Assembly: GCF_001194135.2 (NCBI RefSeq)
Contig: NC_068992.1
Location: 21,283,529-21,347,528 of the forward strand
DNA from: Octopus bimaculoides
Taxonomy: Eukaryota
Direction of reading: 5' to 3'
Length of the DNA stretch: 64,000 nucleotides
Shown here: positions 13,231-27,299 of the stretch, one piece after another
How positions within the stretch are numbered: the first letter of the stretch is position 1
Layout: each line of letters opens with the position of its first letter
Notes under the pieces: model-generated
Databases searched by the model: none
Told to the model about the DNA's origin: nothing
The model's input: the letters and a program-made list of their open reading frames with translations, nothing else
Program-made: the position numbers and the translations under genes

Positions 13231-15844
13231 ACAGATGGGACACAGTCACATACAGTAGTGGTGAAACACCCCTGACTGAGGAAATCAGAAAGACTACTGT
13301 GGTGCTCCAGCATCACCGCAGCCGCATGGCCGAAACGAGTAAACGAATAAAAGAATATTGGTTAGTCCACAGTGCTCAGTAAGGTGCGTGGACAGCCATG
13401 GATCCAACACCCTAACCGCTAAGCAATGCGCCTCCATCATATATATATATATATATATAGATAGATAGATAGATAGATATATATAAGCTCACAAAGAAAG
13501 CCATTATTTATGTTCTACACTAAGGAGATTGTGTGGATTCTAAGCCAAATAATAACTCTAGGAATTCGGAATTGTGTCTAATTTGATAAAAATTGCTTGG
13601 ATGAAACTCATTTATTTTAAGAAAAAAACCACGTTCATTAGGTTACAAATAATGGAACATGATGAAATATTTTCTCATCAGCTATAGTCACAAGTTTCTG
13701 AAATATAAAGAATTTTACATTCATACATTATGCCAAACTCTTTTTTTTTTTTAAATGAATTCAATTATAAAATGATATGAAGACAAATTGTCTCTAAAAT
13801 AATTGATTATTACAACGGCCATAAGTTCATTTTTGTACAGTTACATCTAATTGCTGACATATATCAACAGTCTCCAAGGGTTATTGTAGCTTCGAAACTA
13901 ATAGAAAGCCGGATACTAATTGTCATCTACTTATTTGCTGTAACAACGTGTAGCTACAGATAACCTGTTTCTAGATAAATAGGGTGTTTGGTTAGGAGTT
14001 GTGCATACTTTTAACCAACACTCTCCAAAGACTATGGAAAATATCGGTTACTTATTGTATAGCAACGTCATCTACACTGCATGTAACAGAAAACGTTTTA
14101 ATTATTTTATTCTATATCTTATTGCGCGTTGCCAATCCTAAAGAAAGTTGTATGTAGTTGTTTAATTGACTGTACACTATATTGCTTGAACCGAATTTAT
14201 TTACTTCAATATGGACTTCAATCAGTTCTCCACAGGAAAGACTGTACGGAACCCAACTCTAGCTTTTGTTTTGTTTCCTGACAACAATTATTTTATTCAG
14301 TAACACATCATTCTAAGTTTAATCTTTCATACGAAACTTCCTCTACAAAAGAGCACGTACATTGTTAACGACTGCGACGAAGAATATGCATCTTATCTTA
14401 TCTGACTTCCTGTGTAATTGGATTTAGTTTAATGAAGTCAGATTTTATTAAGTGACTTTTAGCAAACGTTAATGATGTTCAAATATCATACAGTTCCATG
14501 TCACTGGCTTTCAATGCATACACGTTAACTACAACATACCTTTTGGCAATGAAATGATCGTACTTTCTGGCACTGGCGCCTACTGATTGCAGATAATTTG
14601 TACAATTTGCTTCGGCAATAACAAGTCTAATACAATGCTTACTTTCATTTTCCTTTTAATGAGTTATACTTCTTACCCCTCAAAGAAATTTAAAACTGAA
14701 GCGAACCATAAGGAATATGAGAATAAATTATTGAAAAAGAGCAAATGGTTGTTTATATCTTTTCTAAAATATATTTGTGTCATAAAATATTAATGCTAAA
14801 GAACAGGACATGAGTAGTACAATATGGTCAATAAAGGTATAATTACTCATTTCAGATGTTTTAATACATTGGATAATAATGAGGGTAAGTTGTTCTGTCT
14901 CAAAACTGATTACAATGGAGGTCTTAATTTTTGCATGATAGAATATATACAAAGGGTAAGAATAAAGCTTCATTAAGAGTGACCGGATGGTTCTTATGCT
15001 AAACGAATTTATCACTATTTGTATTATTATGAACTCCATCTAACTGTCTGCTTAGTTTTCGGTGTTTATACGACTGGAGAGTTAACAGTCCTGCATTGCT
15101 GGTGTTCAAAGTTAATAGCATGAGCACATAGTAAAAATACTAGTAAATAGATAAAATATTAATAATTTTCAACCACTGTCAAAATGTTCCCACTTATTAC
15201 TTTCATAAAGTTAACCTTTCTCTATTTCTCCTTTTTTTAATTCGCTTTTCGCGAGGTGAGGCAGTGAACAAAGTCATTATTGAATGATACCCTATCTACT
15301 GGGACATTTACACAGAACCTCAAAAATAAGTATGACACTATTTTTGTTCAATTATAATAGCTAAAGAAGACATTTAACTACATGGCAAATTTAGCTGATG
15401 GCAAATATATTTTGTAACTAAGTCAATATTTACGATGTAATATTACATGAAGGAATCCCTCTCTGTATTTAGCCTTAGTAGAACACTCGTAAAACATGTT
15501 CGGAACATACATGTAACAAAATGCATTCCAGTTACAAATGCCCTGTTTTGGTTTGTTTCTTTTTTTTTATCAGTGTATTATTTATTACCTGAAACACCAT
15601 ACCTTTAACATTTTCTGAGATGTCTATGTGTTCAAGGAAGGATATTTGGCTGCTACTTCTTGCATATCATGTGACGATGTAGAGGTAACCTCGGTCGCTC
15701 CTTTTGGCATTGTTAGGATTGTTAGGATTACTGGAAACAAACATTTCTCGTTTACCATTCTGCTCTTTACTCAGTGATTGAAAACCAAAATAAATCCTTT
15801 TAATTTTGTCACCGTGTTAACAATATTTAGGAGAAGGGAACACG

Positions 15845-16000
15845 TTTACATCGGCTCAAGTATTAGACTGGTATTTATTCGATCGGCTCCGAAAGGATAA
15901 AATACAAACTTGGCATCGTAAGGTTTTGAAATTAGTACGTACATATCCGGAAAAAAATGCTAGTAAACATTTTATGCGATGCGCTCGCTAACCATCTGCA
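15845..16000 (-). mobile_element. tRNA-derived SINE family B remnant
   Basis: actggtatttattcgatcggctccgaaaggataaaa is the reverse complement of the family B core cctttcggggtcgataaattaagtaccagt. Confidence 0.6.
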
Positions 16001-16013
16001 CGCTCGCTATCGG

Positions 16014-16268
16014 AATGAAATAAAGGATAAAGACCCTTTCCGAATCACACAGACTCATAGGGCCAGTTTCCCGGTTTGCGTGGAGCATTTATTCCGACTG
16101 CAAGGTACCAGGTAAGTCGCAGGATTACTCACTTCTCCCAGCTGGGTGGAGCAACGTGAAATGAAGTGTTTTACTCAAAAATACAACGGGTCACCCAGTC
16201 CATGAATCGAAACCACAATTTTAGGATGGTGAGTCCAACACTCCTGACCACTAAGCCACACTCTTCAA
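16014..16268 (-). mobile_element. tRNA-derived SINE family C (CORE-like)
   Basis: The reverse complement has an A box (tggcttagtggtcagg), a B box (ggtttcgattc) and then ttgagtaaaacacttcatttcacgttgctcc, a CORE-like domain. Confidence 0.7.
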
Positions 16269-16932
16269 CTGCCATTGGAATATCAGACTGAATGATATAA
16301 GAAGCGTATTCCACACTGTCCCAACTAAACTGTTGATGCAGAGGGATTTGCATGAATTTAATACCACGATAATGCAATGTCATCATTTTTGTATCCATTA
16401 GAGACAACAGCGAAATAATGCTCAAACTATAAAATTTTAAATTTATGATTATTTTGTCTCTCTAAAAAGGAATTCTTCGTAATACATTATTTTCAAAAAT
16501 ATATGAGAAACTGAGAAACACGCACAAAAAATAAATGCCAATTTTAATGTATATATCTGTTGTTTGATTTTAGAAACTTACTTTCACTCTGATAGCAGAT
16601 GTTTAATTTGTTAATTGACAAGAGTATTCTAGTTCTTGCGTGGTTGATGTTAATAGTTTTTATCTTAAATTGAAATATGTGTAATATACTGGTGCATAGA
16701 AACTTCTAAGAACCATTACTTCAGTTAGAAATAGCAGTGAAATCCCTCTCAATGCAAAACCCCATACCTTTAAATAACAAAGAACTATACACCGGATAAT
16801 GTTGTGCCGGGTACACAACGCCTGAATGATATACATGAGATGGTTGTGCTGCAATGAATTTGATCACAAATCGGCTTTAAACGGTTGACAAGGTGCTACG
16901 AAACAATTCTTGAATAACATATACATATACAT

Positions 16933-16966
<34 letters not shown>

Positions 16967-18679
16967 NNNNNNNNNNNNNNNNNNNNNNNNNNNNNNNNNN
17001 NNNNNNNNNNNNNNNNNNNNNNNNNNNNNNNNNNNNNNNNNNNNNNNNNNNNNNNNNNNNNNNNNNNNNNNNNNNNNNNNNNNNNNNNNNNNNNNNNNNN
17101 NNNNNNNNNNNNNNNNNNNNNNNNNNNNNNNNNNNNNNNNNNNNNNNNNNNNNNNNNNNNNNNNNNNNNNNNNNNNNNNNNNNNNNNNNNNNNNNNNNNN
17201 NNNNNNNNNNNNNNNNNNNNNNNNNNNNNNNNNNNNNNNNNNNNNNNNNNNNNNNNNNNNNNNNNNNNNNNNNNNNNNNNNNNNNNNNNNNNNNNNNNNN
17301 NNNNNNNNNNNNNNNNNNNNNNNNNNNNNNNNNNNNNNNNNNNNNNNNNNNNNNNNNNNNNNNNNNNNNNNNNNNNNNNNNNNNNNNNNNNNNNNNNNNN
17401 NNNNNNNNNNNNNNNNNNNNNNNNNNNNNNNNNNNNNNNNNNNNNNNNNNNNNNNNNNNNNNNNNNNNNNNNNNNNNNNNNNNNNNNNNNNNNNNNNNNN
17501 NNNNNNNNNNNNNNNNNNNNNNNNNNNNNNNNNNNNNNNNNNNNNNNNNNNNNNNNNNNNNNNNNNNNNNNNNNNNNNNNNNNNNNNNNNNNNNNNNNNN
17601 NNNNNNNNNNNNNNNNNNNNNNNNNNNNNNNNNNNNNNNNNNNNNNNNNNNNNNNNNNNNNNNNNNNNNNNNNNNNNNNNNNNNNNNNNNNNNNNNNNNN
17701 NNNNNNNNNNNNNNNNNNNNNNNNNNNNNNNNNNNNNNNNNNNNNNNNNNNNNNNNNNNNNNNNNNNNNNNNNNNNNNNNNNNNNNNNNNNNNNNNNNNN
17801 NNNNNNNNNNNNNNNNNNNNNNNNNNNNNNNNNNNATATACATATATATATATATGAGTTTGTGTGTATTTATATTTGTATGTATATATAACGCAACGTG
17901 AATTTGTAATGTAATTTCAAGATACACTTAAAAAAGTTTAATATATCGCTTGACTTCCAAATAATATTATCTATATATATATATAATTCTAATAAATGCG
18001 AAACGAAATTAAAAAGTTAAGTTATAATATATAAAAGCATTTATATCATTTATGTGAAGTCAGACATATGTATGTCTAAGCATCTGAAAGTTTTTTTATT
18101 CGTATCTCAGCTCAGAGAGATTACTAGTCTTAAAATTCACATTAAACTGATAATCCACTAATTTAAAGAAATTTATTAATTGTCGTCTTTGAATAAAATT
18201 GTTTATCTATTGTAAAAGAGGTAATTTGCATGAATGCTAACTAGTAACTACAAACGTATACCAATGATAATACAAATATATACTAATAATAGTAGCGTAC
18301 AAAATGTTAATTTGCAAAACATAATTATTTATTTAGCATCATTTTTCATTTATTTCTTTAAAATATGTGTATATATTTACATAAACACACACACACATAT
18401 ATATACATATATCTATATACATATATATGAACATGTATATATAGATATATATATATATATATATCAGGAGAGTAGTGCCGTTGGTTTCAGGTTTCCAACC
18501 GTTCAGTAAGTAGTATACTGTATTAAGATGTTTGCATAGAAAGATAGGTTTATCTGCGTATATTGGGTGGAACAAATATCACTATCACAAAATACACTTA
18601 TATTTAGAAGCACCAGTTATCGCTTTCACTCTGAATGATGTAATTCAGTGTGAAATCTATACATAAGAATATGTGTATG

Positions 18680-18716
<37 letters not shown>

Positions 18717-18717
18717 G

Positions 18718-18762
<45 letters not shown>

Positions 18763-21469
18763 CTATTAAATTTGTTATGGGAAACGTTTTGAATATGAAA
18801 ATAAATCTCCTATTCTATTCTGTTATGCTGGCCACATATCGCCTGAAGAAATGAATCCATGAAGGTAATCAGCCCAGTGTCCACGGATACTACGGACTGC
18901 ACTGTAATCATCCCAGGACTGTGATCTTAAGAGACATGTTGTTTGTGGAAACGCACGTAGAGATGTATTAAATGTTTATAAATTCCATCCAAGGATTATT
19001 GTCATCATCATCATTATTATTATATTGTTATTATTATTATCATTATTCTTATTATTATTACATATATATAAATATGTATATATACATACATATGTGTTTG
19101 AGTGTGTGTTCATACATACATGCATATTTATACATATACTTACATATATACATGCACATATATTATCCCAGTGAAACAGCCCATTTTCCCTTTGTAAACA
19201 TGGAATATAAATGAAGCACCAAGGAACTGACAACAAGACTTTCATTCTTCTGACAGAACTCAGTTGATATTTATAAAAGTGTATTCAGCTTGAATTCCCC
19301 GAAAACAAGAATTATTGCTAGTTTACAAACCAAACGAATGGACGACAGGGCACCGCTAATAATTCTAAACACTACATCTGATGGACTGTGTATAAATTAG
19401 CTATATACATAGCTAACTTATTCACAGCTAGCATTGTGATATATCTGACCGTTTTTTATTATCTATATCGGAATATCGATCTGGTGTTCGCTAGTAGAGC
19501 TTCTGCTGCTGAGGAGGCGCAGATTATGTTCAAACCACGTGATACAACAGTTCCATTTGCTGGTGCTTCTGACTAAATTTTGCCTGCAGATGTAATGTCC
19601 TTTTTAGCACTCAACGCTTACAGCGTTTAAAACAATACACTTAGTTGTATGTGCAAGCTACTGTATCTGGTGCATTGTCCTGTATCTTTCCAAAATATTT
19701 GTTCTTGCGTTTCTCAGAACGCCTAGCTCTAGATTTTTGCACTTACGTTTTACAAATACGAGAATTGATGCATTGAAATATAATTAAACGTGTTTTGCTA
19801 AATGTTGAATTCAAAAACATTATAGACTCTATGGAACTGTTTAAAAAATAGGTGGGCCTGATATGAACTTCATGTGGACTTCAACCGCTGCAAGCCCATA
19901 TTTATTATTAAAATGTCAATGTTAAAAAATTGTTATAACGTATTTCATGTCTTACTAAGTAATTCATTACTTATATATATTGACTATATTTCATATCAAA
20001 GCATAAAATATTGAGCAAAATCTAAACATTGAGATCACTCACAGTTTTTTATACACCGAAACGATCTGTGTAATTTTTTATGTCAAGAAAAAAGATTTAA
20101 AATCACCAAAGTATTGGTAAACTATATAAAGTGTTAATAACTAAAAAATAAAATCTATTCCATTTAAATCGAACCGCATTATATTGAAGACAATCTTCTT
20201 TGAAGAGTGACTTTGATTTCAAAATACTATCGGTAAGCAATTTTGAAAAGTATATAAGTATGTAGATGAATATTCATAAGTCAGGTACATTTCACATGGA
20301 GGAGAATGTTTTCGCTGAGAGTAACCAATATAAAAAGGTGGACTGAAGCAAATACGGTGAACTTCAGCACAGAAAGATTATGAATACGTAGTAGTAGTAG
20401 TAAAAAAAAAAAACATGGACTTGGCGAATAATAAAAAGAAAAATGTGTGGTGTGATCATAAGAAATATCGAGATCTTGAATGACTAATGACTAGTGTTCT
20501 AAATTTTGTTCATATAGGGTTCAATCCAATAGAAAGACTTAGAGTTTTATTATGGTCGAATAAAACAAACATGAAAGCATAATACTGAGCAAATTATATA
20601 TATATATATGCATATATATNNNNNNNNNNNNNNNNNNNNNNNNNNNNNNNNNNNNNNNNNNNNNNNNNNNNNNNNNNNNNNNNNNNNNNNNNNNNNNNNN
20701 NNNNNNNNNNNNNNNNNNNNNNNNNNNNNNNNNNNNNNNNNNNNNNNNNNNNNNNNNNNNNNNNNNNNNNNNNNNNNNNNNNNNNNNNNNNNNNNNNNNN
20801 NNNNNNNNNNNNNNNNNNNNNNNNNNNNNNNNNNNNNNNNNNNNNNNNNNNNNNNNNNNNNNNNNNNNNNNNNNNNNNNNNNNNNNNNNNNNNNNNNNNN
20901 NNNNNNNNNNNNNNNNNNNNNNNNNNNNNNNNNNNNNNNNNNNNNNNNNNNNNNNNNNNNNNNNNNNNNNNNNNNNNNNNNNNNNNNNNNNNNNNNNNNN
21001 NNNNNNNNNNNNNNNNNNNNNNNNNNNNNNNNNNNNNNNNNNNNNNNNNNNNNNNNNNNNNNNNNNNNNNNNNNNNNNNNNNNNNNNNNNNNNNNNNNNN
21101 NNNNNNNNNNNNNNNNNNNNNNNNNNNNNNNNNNNNNNNNNNNNNNNNNNNNNNNNNNNNNNNNNNNNNNNNNNNNNNNNNNNNNNNNNNNNNNNNNNNN
21201 NNNNNNNNNNNNNNNNNNNNNNNNNNNNNNNNNNNNNNNNNNNNNNNNNNNNNNNNNNNNNNNNNNNNNNNNNNNNNNNNNNNNNNNNNNNNNNNNNNNN
21301 NNNNNNNNNNNNNNNNNNNNNNNNNNNNNNNNNNNNNNNNNNNNNNNNNNNNNNNNNNNNNNNNNNNNNNNNNNNNNNNNNNNNNNNNNNNNNNNNNNNN
21401 NNNNNNNNNNNNNNNNNNNNNNNNNNNNNNNNNNNNNNNNNNNNNNNNNNGGGCAAACACAGACACACA

Positions 21470-21530
<61 letters not shown>

Positions 21531-21687
21531 ATATATACACACATAATTAAGGGATCAGCAACAGTTGCTTCACCACATACCGAAATTCAGAAATAGCAGT
21601 TAAAGTGCTAAAACTCCAACAGATAGAAATACTTGTAACTCACAAAGGCAAAACAAGAAGAAAAAAAACAACGAAACTAACCAGTTA

Positions 21688-21746
21688 ATCATAGAAACGT
21701 TTCTGGATCAGAATAGTATAAACCTTCATTTCCTCATCAGTATGAT
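21688..21746 (-). ncRNA. Hammerhead-like motif (variant) in a Penelope-like terminal fragment
   Basis: Minus strand reads ATCATA CTGATGA GGA...TCC A GAAAC GTTTC TATGAT. Stem I is 6 bp and the core is intact. The stem III and stem II junctions are non-canonical. Confidence 0.4.
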
Positions 21747-21791
21747 ATTCTAGTTTGAAAATTCGAAAATGCTGGCAACCATGCATGCTCG

Positions 21792-21892
21792 ACCATGTGG
21801 TTGGTAATCAACCCGGAACCATGTGGTTGGTAATCAACCCGGAACCATGTGGCTGGTAATCAAGCTACGTACGACACAGCCACTCCTGCGCC
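21792..21892 (-). mobile_element. Isolated family A SINE head with a 26-bp triplication
   Basis: accatgtggttggtaatcaacccgga occurs about 2.8 times, followed by acacagccactcctgcgcc (SINE 5' end, reverse complement). Confidence 0.8.
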
Positions 21893-22609
21893 TATATTAG
21901 CGATCACAGCATCGTTTTACAGGAGACAGTTTTATCTATTGAATGATTTGCTGACGATTAACCCTATATCAATGCTGAACTAGAAGCTATATATTGATGT
22001 TTTAATAAGCATTCCGATTATGACCATCTAGCCTCCTTCATGAATATGCAGTGCTACCGGCGTAAATATGAAATTTCCGCATTTAAGAAAATAGGGTTTG
22101 GCTATGAGTGAAAGAGGGGTTTCCTTGTTGCTGTTCGCATGTCAACTAACATGGGGCATCTTTTGCATGTAATGTCTGCTCCTAAACTGGTGTTTGACTA
22201 TAAATATAATTATTGCACTACCCGACAGCTACAAGTACCTCTACTCTCCTCATATATAATTATAAATAAACATCATATCGTGTATCATCTTTTTCCCCAT
22301 AATTATTTCCACAGTCTTTAAAGTATCGAATGAGAAATTTTTTGAAAGACACAAACAGGAAATAAATACTAAACCATTTGAAGTGTTCATTCAAAGACCT
22401 GTTGAATCAAATAAGTTATAAACAAGCAACTTCAGTCATTGATATTAATTAGCGGTTAGAAAATATAACAAAGCAACAAAGTAGAAGATTTATACATTCA
22501 AACATACACCAAGCAAGGCATTTATCACGATATCAGATATTTGATAAACCGATAAAAAGAGATAATAAGACGCCAGTCACGATATACGTGTATATTGTGT
22601 TTGTGTATG

Positions 22610-22677
<68 letters not shown>

Positions 22678-23340
22678 TGTGTATTGTTTCATATGTATGG
22701 CTATGCATATGTATATGAATATGTGCGTATATATGGATATGAGTATATATATATATATGTATACATGACTACATATTTGTGGGTGTGGTTATACATACAC
22801 ATGATACAGGCACAAACACACACACACACAGACACAAACACAGACACACGCAAACGTATACATATATATGTTTCATACATTTTGTTGAATTTATCACTGG
22901 TTGTGTAGATGTATCGTGTGAAACCATATTTCAAAAATTGGCATTTCTCATCAAAGTGCTGTCATCAAAAACGCATTAAAATCTCTTAAACTCTTTAAAC
23001 CTTTGCTTAATGTCCGATGATTGAAAATAGAGATGTTAAAGTGAAAATAATTTTCTTAGACATTAGTTATCCTACCCATTCTGTAAATGTTCATCTTAAT
23101 TATTGTTATCAAATATCAAAGCAGCTTGCTTCATTTATAACCAACATATTAACGGCTAAATTTGGTGTCAAGCTTCCAAACAATCATAAACCATATAGAT
23201 GCCACCAACGCACATATGGATATACACACGTACGCAGACACCCATGTACGTGAGTAAACATATATGTCTCTATCGCTTCTTTCATACCTCTCATTCTCTC
23301 TCTCCCTCTATCTCTCTCTCTATCTCTCTCTCTCTCTCGT

Positions 23341-23377
<37 letters not shown>

Positions 23378-23380
23378 CTA

Positions 23381-23428
<48 letters not shown>

Positions 23429-23866
23429 CCTATCTCTGTCTCTCTCTCTCTCTCTCTGGTTTTCTGCCTCTCACACACTGTCTATCGTTTCGTGCATCTC
23501 TCTTACATATATGTGTGCGTGTCGCGTGATTCTGTGTGTATGTATGTCTGTGTGTCTGAGTCTGTGTATGTGTGTGTGTGTGTTTAGAAAGCTATATATA
23601 CTTAGAAGTAGATACGTATACGGGTAATCTACAAGCACAAACCAGACTACGCACGTCTCATATATACATATACGTGTGTGTTGTATGTATATTATCATAT
23701 TATGCAGTATATATTACATTATACAGAGGCGCACGTATACACACGCAGAAACATATACATACAACCATACTTACATGTTTTTTCGTATAAATATATATTT
23801 ATATACGTACATGCGCCTTCATATAAATATGTATACACACACGCACACTCACACACATACACATAC

Positions 23867-23929
<63 letters not shown>

Positions 23930-24269
23930 AGCACTGACTCTAGCTTCATGGATTTCACTGGATTTTTTCGTTGACATATGTGTGTGTGTGTGTGTGTGTA
24001 TACGTATGTATAACATACTATAATATAAATGCGTTACGTGTGGTGTGCGGGGTGATATGGAAGAGAACTCAGTACGCAAATTGTAGATATGTGTCTTTAG
24101 TATCTGGCAACATTAAATATATTAGCGACGAGTGATATCATTTAAACTCTGAGCTCCTAAGTGCCTCCTAATGATACACATGCTTGTAGGTATGCATGTA
24201 CGCATGTATGTGTGTATGTATGTATGTATGTATGTACGTATGTGTGTGTGTATGTACGTATGTATGTGC

Positions 24270-24307
<38 letters not shown>

Positions 24308-24544
24308 ATAAGCGTATATTTATATATATACACACATGAATATACGTTTATATATAAACACATACACAAACGCACACACACACATATATATATAAGCATT
24401 GTGAGTCTGTGTGTGTGTGAGTGTGTGTGAGTGTGTGAGTGTGTGTGTGTGTGTGTATCTATGTTGAGAGAAAGGGAGAGAAGCGAGATTGTGAGCATAT
24501 AGCTAATAGCTTAAAGCAAATTGCCACATTCTAAGAATTCATAT

Positions 24545-24604
<60 letters not shown>

Positions 24605-24926
24605 TTACGTATATAGGTATACATATGTCCGTGTGTACGTACGCGTGTTATATTGTAGTGAATCGCTGAATCACTTAAATATTGCTGGTCAATATACCAG
24701 TCACTTAACACAGTATGGAAATTCTGTCCTCCGGCCATGCCATAGCATTAGGATGTGTTATTCTTGTGAATGGTCAATGAAGTTGTTATAATGTTATGTT
24801 AAATTTGCTTTCTGTTTGTTTGTTTTTGAGTTACAACAACTAAGAGAGAAGAATCAAATCTGAAATTCCAACTCTTCATTTCTCTCAACGCCGATCACTG
24901 TTGATTTATATATTTCACCCATTAAA

Positions 24927-25133
24927 GGCGGCGAGCTGTCAGAAACGTTAGCACGCCGGGCGAATGCATAGCGGTATTTCGTGTGTCTTTACGTTCTGAG
25001 TTCAAATCATGCCTAGGTCGACTTTGCCTTTCACCCTTTCGGGGTCGATAATTTAAGTACCAGTTGCGGTCAATCCAATTGATTGGCCCTCTACCCAAAG
25101 TTTCTAGGCTTTGTACCTAGAGTAGAAAAGAAT
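24927..25133 (+). mobile_element. tRNA-derived SINE family B, near full length
   Basis: ggcggcgagctgtcagaaacgttagc (A-box-like), gagttcaaatc (B box), gcctttcaccctttcggggtcgataatttaagtaccag core and agtagaaaagaat tail. Confidence 0.85.
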
Positions 25134-25685
25134 ATATTTCACTCATTTTACTCTGGCCATTCTGGGGCACCTCGAAAGATCTAATAAATAAATCGACCCT
25201 AATATTTAATTTTTTTTTACGTCTGGCACCTATCCTATTGGTCAGTTTTGCAGAACCACTAAGAATGGCAGTGTAAACAAACCGACACCGGTTTCCACAC
25301 AATGGTCTAACAAACACAAACACAAAGAACACGCACACATACATCCATACATGCATACATACATGCATACAGATGCTGTGTGTATAGATGTTTATGCGCG
25401 TGTCCGTATGCGTTTGTATATACGACAGATTTCCATACAGTTTGCATCTATCTATTCAGCTTGCTCGCTAAGCATTAGTCGATCCAGGGCTGTAGGTATA
25501 CAACTAAACCCGAAACCACATGTTCGTAATGCGTGCATCTTAACCCCACCGCCAGAATACACATATGAACATGTGATATTTTCCTTTTGGCAGAATAGAA
25601 TAAATTATTTTTTAGTATTTATTTAAAGCCCTTTTCGTTGAGAGTCTAACTCTGCTTTTTGTTCCACGGAGTGACAAAATCAAGT

Positions 25686-25900
25686 AATATACATTATTTA
25701 TATTTGACGGATATTTGTCCTCATTTTGTTTGTTGTTAACACAACGTTTCGGCTGATATACTCTCCAGCCTTCTTCAGGTGTCCTGGGAAAATTTCGAGC
25801 CTGGGTTCTCATTCTTAAGGTATTTTTCTGGGTATATGACGTAGTGGTTAAGAGCGCGAACTACTAACCCCAAGATGCCGAGTTCGATTTCAGGTAGGGA

Positions 25901-25968
<68 letters not shown>

Positions 25969-26100
25969 GCATGTTAGGAATGAGATCCCAGGTTCGAAAT
26001 TTTCCAAGGACACCTGAAGAAGGCTAAAGAGTATATCAGCCGAAAATATCCGTTAAATGTAAATAATGTAAATAATGTATATAATTCCTCATCTCTCAAA
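25686..26100. mobile_element. Composite element: inverted Penelope-like tail, tRNA-like head, (AAT)n, Penelope-like tail
   Basis: 25686-25828 is the reverse complement of 25968-26100; the right copy lacks a block after GAAA. The tRNA-like head at 25830-25904 has an A box (tagtggttaagagc) and a B box (agttcgatttc). (AAT)n spans 25905-25965. Confidence 0.75.
25738..25783 (-). ncRNA. Minimal type I hammerhead ribozyme, intact core
   Basis: Minus strand reads GACAC CTGAAGA A GGCTG gagagtatat CAGCC GAAAC GT T GTGTT. Stem I is GACAC/GTGTT, stem II is 5 bp, stem III is the palindromic AACGTT, and the cleavage triplet is GUU. Confidence 0.7.
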
Positions 26101-26356
26101 AATCAAGTAAATATTACAAATACCTTGATTCAAAATTTCTGACCCTGTGCTTATTTCAAAAATTATAATTATTGATTGGCGGAAACTGTACAGCATCGGA
26201 AATTTCATTGCGGTATTTGACCTGGATCATCACATCCTGAGTTCAATTTGATTTCATTCTTTATTTATTTATTTTGTTTAAACGACTAATCTTCATACAG
26301 GGGTCGCATACAGCAGCAGCAGCACCAGTAGTTGTAGTAGCAACATATTATTATTA

Positions 26357-26420
<64 letters not shown>

Positions 26421-26883
26421 TCTCTTTACTCTTTACCCATTTACTTTACTTGTTTCAGTTATTTGACTGCGGCCATGCTGGAGCACCACCTTTAGTCGAA
26501 CAAATCGACCCCAGGACTTAATCTTTGGAAGCCTAGTACTTATTTTATCGGCTTCTTTTGCCGAACTGCTAAGTTACGGGGACGTAAACACACCACCATC
26601 TGTTGTCAAGCGATATTGGGGTGGACAAACACAGACACATAAACATATACACANNNNNNNNNNNNNNNNNNNNNNNNNNNNNNNNNNNNNNNNNNNNNNN
26701 NNNNNNNNNNNNNNNNNNNNNNNNNNNNNNNNNNNNNNNNNNNNNNNNNNNNNNNNNNNNNNNNNNNNNNNNNNNNNNNNNNNNNNNNNNNNNNNNNNNN
26801 NNNNNNNNNNNNNNNNNNNNNNNNNNNNNNNNNNNNNNNNNNNNNNNNNNNNNNNNNNNNNNNNNNNNNNNNNNNNNNNNNNN

Positions 26884-26924
<41 letters not shown>

Positions 26925-27086
26925 CATATACGACGGGCTTCTTTCAGTTTCCGTCTACCAAATCCATTCACAAGGCTTTGGTCAGCCCGAGGCTAGAGTA
27001 GAAAACACTTGGCCAAGGTGTCACGCAGTGGAACTGAACCCGGAACTATGTGGTTGGTAAGCAAGCTACTTACCACACAGCCACTC
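26421..27086 (-). mobile_element. tRNA-derived SINE family A, full length (internal N-gap)
   Basis: Reverse complement of the 48014-48410 copy from head to the tttact/cttt tail. The gap falls in the internal microsatellite. Confidence 0.9.
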
Positions 27087-27299
27087 AGAGGCCAGAGCAT
27101 GCCATCAAAGTAAGAATGGGGTAAAATATACGAAGACCAGTATACCCATTATGACTATCTTTCTTATAATCGTATACCTGCATCACAGCTATACGTGCGC
27201 AACATAGTGATCTCATGTCAAGATTAACTGCGCATGACCTCGCAGGTGAGGCCCGTTTAGAATTTTCTGCAGGTTGAGTAGCCCATCTCGCCCAAATGT

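Noticed and set aside
25830-25904. tRNA-like sequence as a functional tRNA gene
   Set aside because: Acceptor and anticodon stems do not pair properly, and it runs into (AAT)n and a repeat tail. It is treated as a SINE head.
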